From a bacterium (GTDB taxonomy: Bacteria > UBA8248), in the NCBI GenBank assembly GCA_965200245.1, contig CBDATS010000002.1, positions 96,001 through 160,000 on the forward strand: a stretch of 64,000 nt of DNA. The letters run 5' to 3'. Positions 36,845-47,029 of the stretch are shown in pieces. The stretch's first letter is position 1, and the number at the start of each line of letters is the position of its first letter. Both the position numbers and the translations under genes were made by a program. The notes below the pieces were generated by a model. The model saw nothing but the letters and a program-made list of their open reading frames with translations, was not told the origin of the DNA and did not search any database.

Positions 36845-38749
36845 ATGACGGACTGGCCATTCAACTCGAATCCGGCGACGAGCGACGCTATCAAGCACCG
36901 TATCATGATATTCGGTGTTTGTTTCGGACTCATCCTATTCGGCCTGTTCGTCAGGCTCTGGAACCTTCAGGTGATTCAGGGCGCGAGATTCCGTGCGCTC
37001 TCAGAAGACAACCGCATCGCCTATCGAATCGTCCAAAGTCCCAGGGGCATGGTGTTCGACTCGAATGGAGAGCTGCTCGCGGACAACCGCGCGTCGTTCA
37101 ATATTTTCCTGATCCGTGAAAACGTAAAGGAACTGAAACAAACCGTTCGCCAGTTGGCCGAAATCACGGAACAACCCTTCGAGGAACTCTACAAAAGCAC
37201 AAGGAGAGCGAATCCCTTTCGCCCATTCCTGATCAAGGCTGATATCAACCGCAAAACCATGGCCTTCCTGGAAGAGAACAAACCCGATTTTCCCGGCGTA
37301 TTCATCCAGGTGTCACCACTCCGGCAATATCCCTCCAGGGAACAGGCCAGTCATCTCCTAGGTTATATGGGTGAGGTCACAAATCGTCAGTTGCAACGCC
37401 TGAAAAAACAAAACTACCGGCAGGGAGAATTGCTCGGTCAGTACGGGGTCGAGCGAACCCAGGAAAATTACCTGCGCGGCCAGAGCGGGATCAAGCAAGT
37501 CGAGGTGGACGCTTACGGCAGAGAACTGCGCGTCGTACGTCCGTTTGTGGAAAAACCCGGGAACAACGTCTATCTGACAATTGACATGGACCTTCAGAAA
37601 AAAGCGGAAGAATTGTTCCAAGCGCACGAAGGGAGTATCGTTGTACTCGACCCCTCTGACGGTGCCATACTGACCATGGTGAGCAAGCCGTCCTTCAATC
37701 CGAACATCTTCGCCGGTGGCATTGACGCCAAAGACTGGAAGAGCCTGATGAAAAATCCCTTGAAACCGCTCGAGAACCGGGCCATTCGAGGGCAGTATCC
37801 CCCCGGCTCAATTTTCAAAATTGTGATGGGTTTCGCTATCCTGAACGAGAAAATCGCGCGCGCCAATGAAAAAATACGCTGCCACGGATCGTTTCCATTT
37901 GGCAAGAAAATATTTCGTGACTGGAAGAAAGGCGGACACGGACCCATAGACTTCATCCAGTCTATGGCCCAGAGTTGCGATGTCTACTACTACATCAACG
38001 GCCATAAGCTGGGCATCGGGAAAATCGCAAAGTATTCGCGCATGTTCGGCATGGGTTCGCCCACCGGATTCGGAGCCGCTGAAAAGGGAGGGCTCGTCCC
38101 ATCGGACGCCTGGAAGCGTCGCAGGTTCAATGAAAAATGGTATGATGGCGAAACGATCAGTGTATCCATCGGCCAGGGCTTCAATCTCATCACACCCATG
38201 CAGGCTGCCAACCTCATCGCCACCGTGGCGAACGGCGGTTCTCTCTGGAAGCCCTACATCGTGAGAAAAGTACTGAGCCCGGGCGGCAAGACGCTCTTCG
38301 AATCCAAGCCCTCCCTCATTCGCAGAATTCCCATCTCCCAGGGAATATTCCAGAAAGTCCGGGAAGGCCTGAAAGAAGTCGTTCACGGCAAGCGCGGGAC
38401 GGCGAAAAAGGCACGGGTCGAGAACATAATCGTTGCCGGCAAGACGGGTACCGCACAAACGGTAGGCCTCAAATATACGGGTCGCAAAAGAAAGCCCGAA
38501 GAATTGCCACGCAAATTCCGGGACCATGGCTGGTTCGTCGCGTTCGCCCCCTCTGATAACCCCGTCATCGCGATAGCCATATTAGGAGAAAATGCCGGCA
38601 GGCCGGGTTCTTATTTCGCCCCCTACGCGAAAGAACTGATTTCCTTTTATCTCGAGAAAAACAACGAGGACTCGATTTTGGCGTCCAACGAACATACCGG
38701 GGAAAATCCGCTCCCCTCGAACAACCGGGAAAGCGGAGCACACCGATGA
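36845..38749 (+). CDS. mrdA: Penicillin-binding protein 2
   Basis: YPPGSIFK (SxxK), SCD, KTGTAQ, DHGWF. Confidence 0.95.
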   Translation: MTDWPFNSNPATSDAIKHRIMIFGVCFGLILFGLFVRLWNLQVIQGARFRALSEDNRIAYRIVQSPRGMVFDSNGELLADNRASFNIFLIRENVKELKQTVRQLAEITEQPFEELYKSTRRANPFRPFLIKADINRKTMAFLEENKPDFPGVFIQVSPLRQYPSREQASHLLGYMGEVTNRQLQRLKKQNYRQGELLGQYGVERTQENYLRGQSGIKQVEVDAYGRELRVVRPFVEKPGNNVYLTIDMDLQKKAEELFQAHEGSIVVLDPSDGAILTMVSKPSFNPNIFAGGIDAKDWKSLMKNPLKPLENRAIRGQYPPGSIFKIVMGFAILNEKIARANEKIRCHGSFPFGKKIFRDWKKGGHGPIDFIQSMAQSCDVYYYINGHKLGIGKIAKYSRMFGMGSPTGFGAAEKGGLVPSDAWKRRRFNEKWYDGETISVSIGQGFNLITPMQAANLIATVANGGSLWKPYIVRKVLSPGGKTLFESKPSLIRRIPISQGIFQKVREGLKEVVHGKRGTAKKARVENIIVAGKTGTAQTVGLKYTGRKRKPEELPRKFRDHGWFVAFAPSDNPVIAIAILGENAGRPGSYFAPYAKELISFYLEKNNEDSILASNEHTGENPLPSNNRESGAHR

Positions 38750-39888
38750 AAGGCGTCGCGTCCTCGCAGTCATCTCCTTTTCGGAGAGCCCTCGCGCAGA
38801 CGGACTGGCTGCTCGTCCTCGCAACTTTTTTGCTCAGTTTGACGGGCATTTTCATGATATACAGCGCTATCCATTCCAACCCCGCTTTCCTGAAAAACTC
38901 CCTGCACCTCAAACAGGTACTGTGGTCATCCATCGGATTTTCCATACTGGTTTTCATGCTCTTTTTCGACTATCACATATTTACAAAATGGGCCTATCTT
39001 TTTTACGCTCTCATTATCATCTTGCTCATCGCCGTTCTCCTCGCCGGGCAGGTAGTCTACGGCGCGAAACGTTGGCTCGTATTCGGCCCATTGCGCCTGC
39101 AACCCTCAGAACTGGCGCGTTTGGCAGTCATTCTCGTATTGGCTAAATATTTCGGCTCCCGGGGAGGAGAAAAACCTATCGGATTCAAAGAACTCATTCC
39201 ACCGTTCGCTCTGGCAATTGCACCCGTTTTGCTCATAGTCCGGCAACCGGATCTGGGCACCGGCCTCACGGTCTTCCTGATAGCGGGCGCGATGACGCTC
39301 GTCGTAGGTGTCAGGAGGAGAGTGCTCATCACCATCGCAAGTCTGGCAGTTGCATGCACGCCTTTGGGTTGGTTTTTCCTTCAGGATTATCAGCGCCGGC
39401 GTATCTTGACGCTCTTCAACCCGGATGCCGACCCACTGGGAGCGGGCTACCAGAGCATGCAGAGCATCATCGCCGTCGGCAGCGGAGAATTCTGGGGAAA
39501 GGGACTGTTGCAGGGAACGCAGAGCAGACTTCACTTCCTGCCGGAGAAGCACACTGATTTCATCTTTTCCGTACTTAGCGAAGAGTTAGGGTTTGCCGGC
39601 AGTATTACCGTACTGGCTTTGTTCTTCATCTTTCTTCTGCGGTGTCTGAGCGCGGCACTCAACGCCGCCGACAAGGAAGGCACATTACTCGTCGTAGGCA
39701 TAACCGCGGCGTTTTTTCTCTACATCATTTTCAACATCGGGATGACACTCGGCTTGATGCCCATCGTCGGCATCCCGCTCCCTCTGGTCAGCTACGGTGG
39801 GAGCGCCTCCATTTCGTCATTCATCGCCATCGCTCTAGTCCTGAACGTAGGCATGAGGAAAAAAAGCCTCACACCCGTTTTCGGCTAA
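38746..39888 (+). CDS. rodA: Rod shape-determining protein RodA (SEDS)
   Basis: GAKRW, QPSE, QPDLGT, LPEKHTDFIF, GIPLPLVSYGGS. Confidence 0.95.
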   Translation: MKGVASSQSSPFRRALAQTDWLLVLATFLLSLTGIFMIYSAIHSNPAFLKNSLHLKQVLWSSIGFSILVFMLFFDYHIFTKWAYLFYALIIILLIAVLLAGQVVYGAKRWLVFGPLRLQPSELARLAVILVLAKYFGSRGGEKPIGFKELIPPFALAIAPVLLIVRQPDLGTGLTVFLIAGAMTLVVGVRRRVLITIASLAVACTPLGWFFLQDYQRRRILTLFNPDADPLGAGYQSMQSIIAVGSGEFWGKGLLQGTQSRLHFLPEKHTDFIFSVLSEELGFAGSITVLALFFIFLLRCLSAALNAADKEGTLLVVGITAAFFLYIIFNIGMTLGLMPIVGIPLPLVSYGGSASISSFIAIALVLNVGMRKKSLTPVFG

Positions 39889-41357
39889 TTCCCCTTCTCT
39901 CCGTATTCACTCTCGCCCGGTGGCGGTGATGCAAAACTGTTTCCGATAGCGATTACGGCCTCTCGCCCGCCGTGCCGCTCGACAAGTGCTGCCTGTTCCG
40001 CCTTGGCGCGGCTGTCCACCTCATCGGGATCGAGAATACGCATCAGCCGCGCTTCCAGTTCCCCAAGAATGGATTGGTGCGCAGGGCTTCCGGAGAGGTC
40101 GCGGCGTTCCTCGGGATCGTTTTCAAGATCGAAGAGTTCGGGCGCATACCCAACGTAATGAATATACTTATAGCGTCCGTGCCGTATCATAAACATTCCC
40201 GTCCTTGCACCGAGAGCATGGAACTCGCTGAAAATTTCGCGCTCGATATCGTCGGGTTCGTTCGCTAGTCGGAACAGGGAATCGCCGTGCAACCGTTTTT
40301 CTTCATCATTACCGAGCTCGCCTGCGCAATCAAGCGCAGCGGGAAACAAATCGATTAGGGAGACCGGTGTTCGTGATACCATGCCCTCGGGAATGTCCGG
40401 GGCGGATACGATGAGAGGAACGGCGACGGATTCTTCATACATTGTGGATTTTCCCCATAGGCCACGCTCACCCAGATTGTCCCCGTGATCGCTGGTAAAG
40501 AGTACCCGGGTATTATCCTTGAGACCCGAATCCTCCAGGGTTTTCATAATTTTACCTACGTTCGAATCTACGAAGCTGACCATGGCAAAATAGCATGCCA
40601 GCGCGACGCGACGTTTGTGGTCATCAAAATAGACGTCATACGGTGCACACTCGTGAAGCGCTGCAATCCAGGGGTGCCAATCATAACTACCCGAAGGGTG
40701 CGGTTTGGGCAGCGGTATGTCTTCGAGCGGATACAATTCGTAAAACTCGGGGGGGCCTATGAAGGGAAAATGCGGGCATGTCAGGGAGACGAACAACGCC
40801 CAGGGGCACCCGTCATCTTCTTTCGCTTGTCTGGCTATCCACTCACAGGCCAAATCTGTGACATTGGTGTCGTAGGTGATGTATTTTGAGTCTCCCGGCC
40901 CGATTAGCTCAGCCATCCACTGCGGATTTTTTCTGGGCGGAAGGCCCTTATCGTCGCGAACCGCGCTGGAAACATCGCCAATCCCCCCTTTGGGCAGATG
41001 CAGAGGGATGATCTGCTCATCGAAGCCGACGGGAACTTCGGCGTTTCGGTAATGGAGTTTGCCGACCGAAACTGTTCTCACGCCAGACTCTTGCAATCTA
41101 TGAGCCCAACTCGGCGGATATCCTTCGTAGGGATGCGCATTGTCCCAAGTACCGATTTCATGCACATATTTTCCCGTGGCAAAGCTCGCACGAGCCGGCG
41201 CACAGATCGGGCAGTTCGTATAGGCGTTCTCGAAACGCACCCCTGATGCGGCAAGCGCGTCCAAATTCGGCGTTTTGACGAGTGGGTGCCCATAGCAGCC
41301 CATCATTTTTTGTGTGTGTTCATCGTCCATCAAGAGTAGAAAATTCATCGCTTCCAT
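39885..41357 (-). CDS. Sulfatase (choline-sulfatase-like)
   Basis: DDEH, KTPNLD, CAPARAS (CxPxR), VGKLH, PHFP, SDHG, WGKSTMYEES. Confidence 0.92.
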   Translation of the reverse strand: MEAMNFLLLMDDEHTQKMMGCYGHPLVKTPNLDALAASGVRFENAYTNCPICAPARASFATGKYVHEIGTWDNAHPYEGYPPSWAHRLQESGVRTVSVGKLHYRNAEVPVGFDEQIIPLHLPKGGIGDVSSAVRDDKGLPPRKNPQWMAELIGPGDSKYITYDTNVTDLACEWIARQAKEDDGCPWALFVSLTCPHFPFIGPPEFYELYPLEDIPLPKPHPSGSYDWHPWIAALHECAPYDVYFDDHKRRVALACYFAMVSFVDSNVGKIMKTLEDSGLKDNTRVLFTSDHGDNLGERGLWGKSTMYEESVAVPLIVSAPDIPEGMVSRTPVSLIDLFPAALDCAGELGNDEEKRLHGDSLFRLANEPDDIEREIFSEFHALGARTGMFMIRHGRYKYIHYVGYAPELFDLENDPEERRDLSGSPAHQSILGELEARLMRILDPDEVDSRAKAEQAALVERHGGREAVIAIGNSFASPPPGESEYGEKGN

Positions 41358-41664
41358 CTGCGCAGCTCCCTGAATCGATTGGAGTTGAAACGGACATAGC
41401 GTCGAATATCATATCTCCAACAACACTGGATTGGGAAACGCCCCCTTACCCGAATCATGGCGAAGCGTTTTGCCCTTCTTTCGACAAATATCATGCACGC
41501 GCGCGTTCCCCATTTGATCTGGTTGCCAATTTTTCCCTTTTCGACCAAAATAAGCGATCAGTTCACCCGCACCCACGGAAACCCACGAAAAGTACTGGTC
41601 GGGGAACGAAAGAAGAAAATACGTCGCCTCGCATATGGCGAGAGACTTTAACAGGTTGATTACA

Positions 41665-44487
41665 ATGAATTTAGACTATGCACGGGATGTATTTCCCTTC
41701 GTCCAGAAACCTTCACGTTATCTGGGTAACGAAGTGAATTCGGTCCGTAAGGACCTCTCGGGGGTGAAGAACCGTGTCGCCCTCGCCTTCCCGGATACCT
41801 ATGAAGTCGGTATGTCACACAACGGCATCCGCATACTTTACCACCTCCTGAACGAATATGAAGACATCGCCGCTGAGCGGGTTTTTCTCCCCTGGGACGA
41901 TTTCGAGACCATTTTGAGGAGTAAAAATGCGCCCCTAACCACGCTGGAAAGCCGGACCCCGGTCCGGGAGTTCCACGTTCTGGGAATATCGCTTCTCTAT
42001 GAACTGGCCGCCAGCAACGTAGTCTTGCTGCTCGATCTGGCCGGCATCCCCAGACGCCCCGCCCAAAGGCGACGAGAAGACCCGCTCGTCATCGCAGGTG
42101 GGCCCGTGACGTTCAACGTGGAGCCAATGGCGCCTTTTTTCGATGCCGTCGCCCTCGGTGATGGAGAAGAACTCTTCCCAGAGGTAATCAAGGCCCACCA
42201 GAGGTGGAGAGAGACGAGCGCGCCGAGAGAAGCACTACTCGAAATGCTGGAGGAGATTAACGGGATATACGTCCCGAATCGCTATGTGGTCGAACACGAC
42301 CCCGACGGAGAGGTCAAGAACTTCCGCCACATGAGCGGACATCGAAGACCCGTATTGGCGCGGGTGCTAGAGGATTTGAACAATTCGCTCCACCCTACGC
42401 GACCCATCGTTCCCTATACCCAGGTGGTGCACGACCGGGTGACACTTGAGGTGCAGCGTGGATGCACGAGGGGATGCCGCTTCTGCCACGCGGGCATGGT
42501 CTATCGCCCGGTTCGGGATCGGGACCCCCACAAGGTACTCGAGCTCGCCGAGGAATCCCTCAAGAACACGGGCTATGAGGAAATCAGCCTCTCATCGCTT
42601 TGCATTGCTGATTATCAGCCCTTGAAGGGACTCGTTCCCCTGATGATGGAACGTCTCGCCCCCATGCAGACTTCCATCTCTCTGCCCTCACTGCGTGTGG
42701 GGGCGATGAGCCCGGATTTGCTGGCCCAAATTGCGCGCGTACGCCGCACGGGCTTCACACTGGTGCCCGAGGCGGGCAGCGAACGGCTGCGCAACGTCAT
42801 CAACAAGGTATTGACCGAAGCGGACCTGAAGCGAAACCTTCAGGACATCCTTGACACGGGCTGGCCCGGCGTGAAGTTCTATTTCATGCTCGGACTCCCT
42901 ACCGAGAACTTCGACGACTTACAAGAAATGGCCGACATGCTCATGTCCTGCATGAGAATGCGCTCGCGCGAAACGGGCGAGCCTTTTCGCTTCATCAACG
43001 TAAGTCTTTCGACCTTCGTGCCGAAACCCCATACGCCTTTTCAGTGGTTCCCCCAGAACACCAAGGATGAAATCAAGGCGAAACTTGATTTCATCAAGAG
43101 ATCAGTTCCAGACAGGCGGATCAAATTGCACTGGTCAAATCCCAAACATAGTTTTCTGGAGGCGGTCATCTCGAAAGGCGACCGCCGACAGGCGGATGTC
43201 ATCGAGACGGCGGTCGACCTGGGATGCAAGTTCGACGGTTGGATGGAGTTTTTCGACTACGACAAATGGATGGCCGCTTTCCGGGAACATGGCCTCGACC
43301 CGGAATGGTACGCTTACCGAGAAATCCCCGAAGACGCCCCACTTCCGTGGGACCATCTCGACTGCGGCGTAACGAAGGAGTACCAACTCGCTGACTGGAA
43401 ACGTTCCCTGCGTGAGGTCACCATCGGCGACTGTCGCTACGAAGCGTGCGGTCAATGCGGCATTCTGGACAAATACAAGGGCATCAAATACCACTACGAA
43501 AAGCCCATGCCGCTACCGGCTTCTTCACTACCGATCATCAACGGACCGTCACGAACGGACGACGCCATCCGGGCGATGGACCTAGCTCCCGGTCAAGACA
43601 TCGCTCCCTCCGAGCCGGTAGAACTCGCCATCGCCAAGGCGCGACCCGAGGCAAAACACCAAAGACAAAAACGTCGCAAGAGCACCGCTCGTGAACACGG
43701 CCCTGTTCCGGTGGGCTTCGAGGGTGCGCACGACGACAACCCCGGCCTCGCCGAGGAACAACCCGATGCACCCATCCGCAAATTCAGGTTCATCTACGAA
43801 AAATCGGGCGATCTGCGCTTTCTGAGTCATCTGGAAATATTGAGAACCTTCATCCGCGCCATTCAGCGCGCGGGCTACCGTCTGGAACATTCCAGGGGCT
43901 TCAATCCGCACCCGAAGATTGTCTTCTCCCATGCGCTGCCCGTGGGCGTAGAAAGCCGCGCTGAAGTGGTGGATTTCTCGCTATTCGAGGTCGACGGGCA
44001 TATCCGGTTGCGGGATTTATTCAAAAACCTGAAACGGGAGCTTCCACGAGGCTTGAGGCCTCGATCGGGATGGCGCATCGAGGGGAAAACACCTTCATCC
44101 GCCAATGCGCTAAGCGCCGCAACCTATGAAATCATTTTGTCCCGAGAAGATATGAAAACCCATGAAACACCGGATGCCTGGGTCAAATCCACTATCGAAA
44201 AGTTCATGAATGAGGAACACATCGAAATCACCCGCAAGCACAAGGGTAGAATCAAACATTTCGACGCAAGGCCCTCCATCGATCGTTTTACGTTCGAATC
44301 ATCGACAATCACTACCATTCGCCTGCACCTCACGCTACGCTATAGGGATGGCGTGAAACCCAAGGTCACGGAAATACTCGCCAAGTGCTTGGGGCTGACT
44401 CCCGAAGCGTGCCTCAGAACCCGAATCCGGAAAATTTCCGTCTATTGGAGAGCGGGAACCTCCCGCGCGATAGCACATGCCGTCTGA
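41665..44487 (+). CDS. TIGR03960-like radical SAM protein fused to C-terminal DUF2344/TIGR03936-like domain
   Basis: VQKPSRYLGNE, FPDTYEVGMS, RGCTRGCRFC, PKPHTPFQW; C-terminal LRFLSHLE...GFNPHPKI...ALPVGVES; upstream of rng. Confidence 0.88.
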   Translation: MNLDYARDVFPFVQKPSRYLGNEVNSVRKDLSGVKNRVALAFPDTYEVGMSHNGIRILYHLLNEYEDIAAERVFLPWDDFETILRSKNAPLTTLESRTPVREFHVLGISLLYELAASNVVLLLDLAGIPRRPAQRRREDPLVIAGGPVTFNVEPMAPFFDAVALGDGEELFPEVIKAHQRWRETSAPREALLEMLEEINGIYVPNRYVVEHDPDGEVKNFRHMSGHRRPVLARVLEDLNNSLHPTRPIVPYTQVVHDRVTLEVQRGCTRGCRFCHAGMVYRPVRDRDPHKVLELAEESLKNTGYEEISLSSLCIADYQPLKGLVPLMMERLAPMQTSISLPSLRVGAMSPDLLAQIARVRRTGFTLVPEAGSERLRNVINKVLTEADLKRNLQDILDTGWPGVKFYFMLGLPTENFDDLQEMADMLMSCMRMRSRETGEPFRFINVSLSTFVPKPHTPFQWFPQNTKDEIKAKLDFIKRSVPDRRIKLHWSNPKHSFLEAVISKGDRRQADVIETAVDLGCKFDGWMEFFDYDKWMAAFREHGLDPEWYAYREIPEDAPLPWDHLDCGVTKEYQLADWKRSLREVTIGDCRYEACGQCGILDKYKGIKYHYEKPMPLPASSLPIINGPSRTDDAIRAMDLAPGQDIAPSEPVELAIAKARPEAKHQRQKRRKSTAREHGPVPVGFEGAHDDNPGLAEEQPDAPIRKFRFIYEKSGDLRFLSHLEILRTFIRAIQRAGYRLEHSRGFNPHPKIVFSHALPVGVESRAEVVDFSLFEVDGHIRLRDLFKNLKRELPRGLRPRSGWRIEGKTPSSANALSAATYEIILSREDMKTHETPDAWVKSTIEKFMNEEHIEITRKHKGRIKHFDARPSIDRFTFESSTITTIRLHLTLRYRDGVKPKVTEILAKCLGLTPEACLRTRIRKISVYWRAGTSRAIAHAV

Positions 44488-46084
44488 ACTCGTCATCAAT
44501 GCCGAGCCGTTCGAGACGCGTATCGCGCTGCTCGAAAACGGAGTAGCGGCCGAACTCTATATCGAGCGCGAGAGCGGCAAGAGCATCGTCGGTAATATTT
44601 ACAAGGGAAAAGTGACGAAAGTGTTGCCTGGTATGCAAGCGGCTTTCGTGGACATCGGTCTGGAAAAAGCGGGATTTCTATACGTAAGTGATGTGGACAC
44701 CATCGAGTCCATCGAAAATTACCGCAAACTTGCAGCCGAGCAGGCAGATGACGACGATGACCTCGAATTCGAGGGCAACGACTTCAGTAACGGGGACGAA
44801 CACGAAGACAACAAGGACGAGCAGCAAAACGGCTCGCATCGAAACCTTATTGGAAGACGCCCGCGCCGCTGGGAGGGAGAACGCCACATCGAGAACCTGC
44901 TCAGGGACGGCCAGGATGTCATCGTCCAGGTCAGCAAGGAACCCCTTGGCACCAAAGGCTCTCGCCTGACCAGCTACGTCACCCTGCCGGGCCGGTACGT
45001 GGTTTACATGCCCACTATCAAGCAGATCGGTATCAGCAGGCGAATCGACAACGAAGAGGAACGGAAACGACTAAAGAAACTGGTCCGCAAGCATCGTCAG
45101 CCGGGAGCCGGATACATCGTCCGCACTGCCAGTGAAGCTATGCCGGCCCAGGATATCGAGGCCAACGTGAACTTCCTGCACGCACTATGGGAAGACATTC
45201 TGCTCAAGAACGAATCGGCTTCTGCCCCATCCCGAATTCACATGAATTTGAATATCATTGAGCGGACCGTGAGGGATTTGTTCAATTCCAGCGTCGAAAG
45301 AATGATCATCGACGACAAGGGACAATACCTCAAGACCAGGGAATTCCTCAAAAACTATTACCTGCATCTCGTCCCCAAACTACAGCACTACGACGGCGAT
45401 GAACCGATATTCGATTATTTCGGTGTCGAACTCGAACTCGAACGCGCGCTCGGGCAACGCGTTTGGCTGAGAAACGGTGGTTACATCGTGATCGACCAGA
45501 CAGAGGCGCTTACGACCATAGACGTCAACACCGGGCGGTTCGTAGGAAAGAAGAGCCCCGAGGAAACGATTCTCGAAACCAATCTCGAAGCGGTGCGCGA
45601 AATCGTAGCCCAATTGCGCCTTCGTAACCTGGGCGGAATCATTATCGTCGATTTCATCGATATGGAGAAGGAAGAGAACAAGGAGAAGGTGTTCAACTCT
45701 TTTAAGGAGGAACTCCGAAAGGACCGCTCGCGTACCAACATCCTGAAAATAAGCGAACTCGGGCTCGTCGAAATGACCCGGAAACGCGTCCGCGACAGCA
45801 TCCAGAGAACGCTCTGCACCGCATGCCCATATTGCGAGGGACGCGGACAGGTGAAATCCGCAATCTCGGTGAGCTATGAAGCTATGCGGGAAGTGCGACG
45901 GATGAGGAGAGCACATAAAGATGCCTCAAAATTCCTCATCAACGTCCACCCCGAGGTCGTGGACATCCTCCTTGATGAGGAAAGAAGGAACGTAGAAGAG
46001 CTTGAAAGCCTGCTCAACATACAGCTCGTCATCAAAGGCGACGCCGAACTGCATCGCGAAGGCTTCGAAGTCGTCCGGCTGTAA
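44477..46084 (+). CDS. rng: Ribonuclease G (Rne/Rng family)
   Basis: GNIYKGKV, PGMQAAFVDIG, IDVNTG, LRLRNLGGIIIVDFIDM, CPYCEG. Confidence 0.95.
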   Translation: MPSELVINAEPFETRIALLENGVAAELYIERESGKSIVGNIYKGKVTKVLPGMQAAFVDIGLEKAGFLYVSDVDTIESIENYRKLAAEQADDDDDLEFEGNDFSNGDEHEDNKDEQQNGSHRNLIGRRPRRWEGERHIENLLRDGQDVIVQVSKEPLGTKGSRLTSYVTLPGRYVVYMPTIKQIGISRRIDNEEERKRLKKLVRKHRQPGAGYIVRTASEAMPAQDIEANVNFLHALWEDILLKNESASAPSRIHMNLNIIERTVRDLFNSSVERMIIDDKGQYLKTREFLKNYYLHLVPKLQHYDGDEPIFDYFGVELELERALGQRVWLRNGGYIVIDQTEALTTIDVNTGRFVGKKSPEETILETNLEAVREIVAQLRLRNLGGIIIVDFIDMEKEENKEKVFNSFKEELRKDRSRTNILKISELGLVEMTRKRVRDSIQRTLCTACPYCEGRGQVKSAISVSYEAMREVRRMRRAHKDASKFLINVHPEVVDILLDEERRNVEELESLLNIQLVIKGDAELHREGFEVVRL

Positions 46085-46134
46085 CGAGGTGTCCTGCTTT
46101 TTTTGATAATTCTGCCGTACCGAGGATAGACGAT

Positions 46135-46947
46135 ATGTGGCGAAGTGCTTGCGCATTAACATTCGCTATTTTCGCGGCGGGATGCACCAATTTCTCCCTA
46201 CTTGATTCAGGATCCGATCCGGAAGAAGCACACAAGAACGTTTCCGAGAGCAAAGAACTGGAGAAGGAATTCCTGTCCGCGAAGGAGCGCAACGCGCGCC
46301 TTGAGGGCCAGATTGCTGAATCCCTCAGGAAAGTCGAAACACTCACCCGGGAAATTCGTGACCTGCAGAAGAAAGAAACCGCCATGGAAGGCGCCATGGA
46401 ACGCTTGAGCCGAGAAAACGTCATGAAAAAGATATTCCCGACCACCCCTTCCCGACAAAAAAGGATGTGGTCGCCCAGGCGGCCATCGTCTCACATACCC
46501 TCTCCCCGGAAGGGCGACGCAACAGCGAACAAGCAAAGGGTTGCTTCCACTACCCCACAGGATCTTTACAACAAATCATACCGCGCAGTCCGGGATGGAA
46601 AGAGTGGCGAAGCCATTCGCGGATTTCGTCTTTTCTTGCGCCTGTTTCCCAACAGTCAGTTGGCGGGCCATTCGCAGTACTGGCTCGGAGAAGCTTACTA
46701 CGCTCTCAAGCAATACCCTGAGGCGCTGGTTGAGTTTCAGAATCTCATCACGAACTACCCCGGAAGCCGTAAAGTTCCCGACGCTTATTACAAGCGGGGA
46801 CTTACATATGTCCGGCGCGGATTTCCCCTCATCGCCACGCTTGAATTCGAAAAACTGCTCGAAAAATATCCCTCGCATCCTCTTTCGAAAAAGGCAAAAG
46901 TCCAACTTCAAAACCTTGAACATTACACTGGAAAAAAGCTCCGGTGA
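46135..46947 (+). CDS. cpoB: Tol-Pal-associated CpoB/YbgF-like TPR lipoprotein
   Basis: Lipobox-like AAGC, coiled coil, FPNSQLAGHSQYWLGEAYY, YPGSRKVPDA. Confidence 0.8.
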   Translation: MWRSACALTFAIFAAGCTNFSLLDSGSDPEEAHKNVSESKELEKEFLSAKERNARLEGQIAESLRKVETLTREIRDLQKKETAMEGAMERLSRENVMKKIFPTTPSRQKRMWSPRRPSSHIPSPRKGDATANKQRVASTTPQDLYNKSYRAVRDGKSGEAIRGFRLFLRLFPNSQLAGHSQYWLGEAYYALKQYPEALVEFQNLITNYPGSRKVPDAYYKRGLTYVRRGFPLIATLEFEKLLEKYPSHPLSKKAKVQLQNLEHYTGKKLR

Positions 46948-47029
46948 AAACACATCGCCCGGTCATATTTCATGGTTAAATTCGAGACACGGACCCCCAT
47001 GTTATTGGCCTATGATGCACCCCCCCGGA

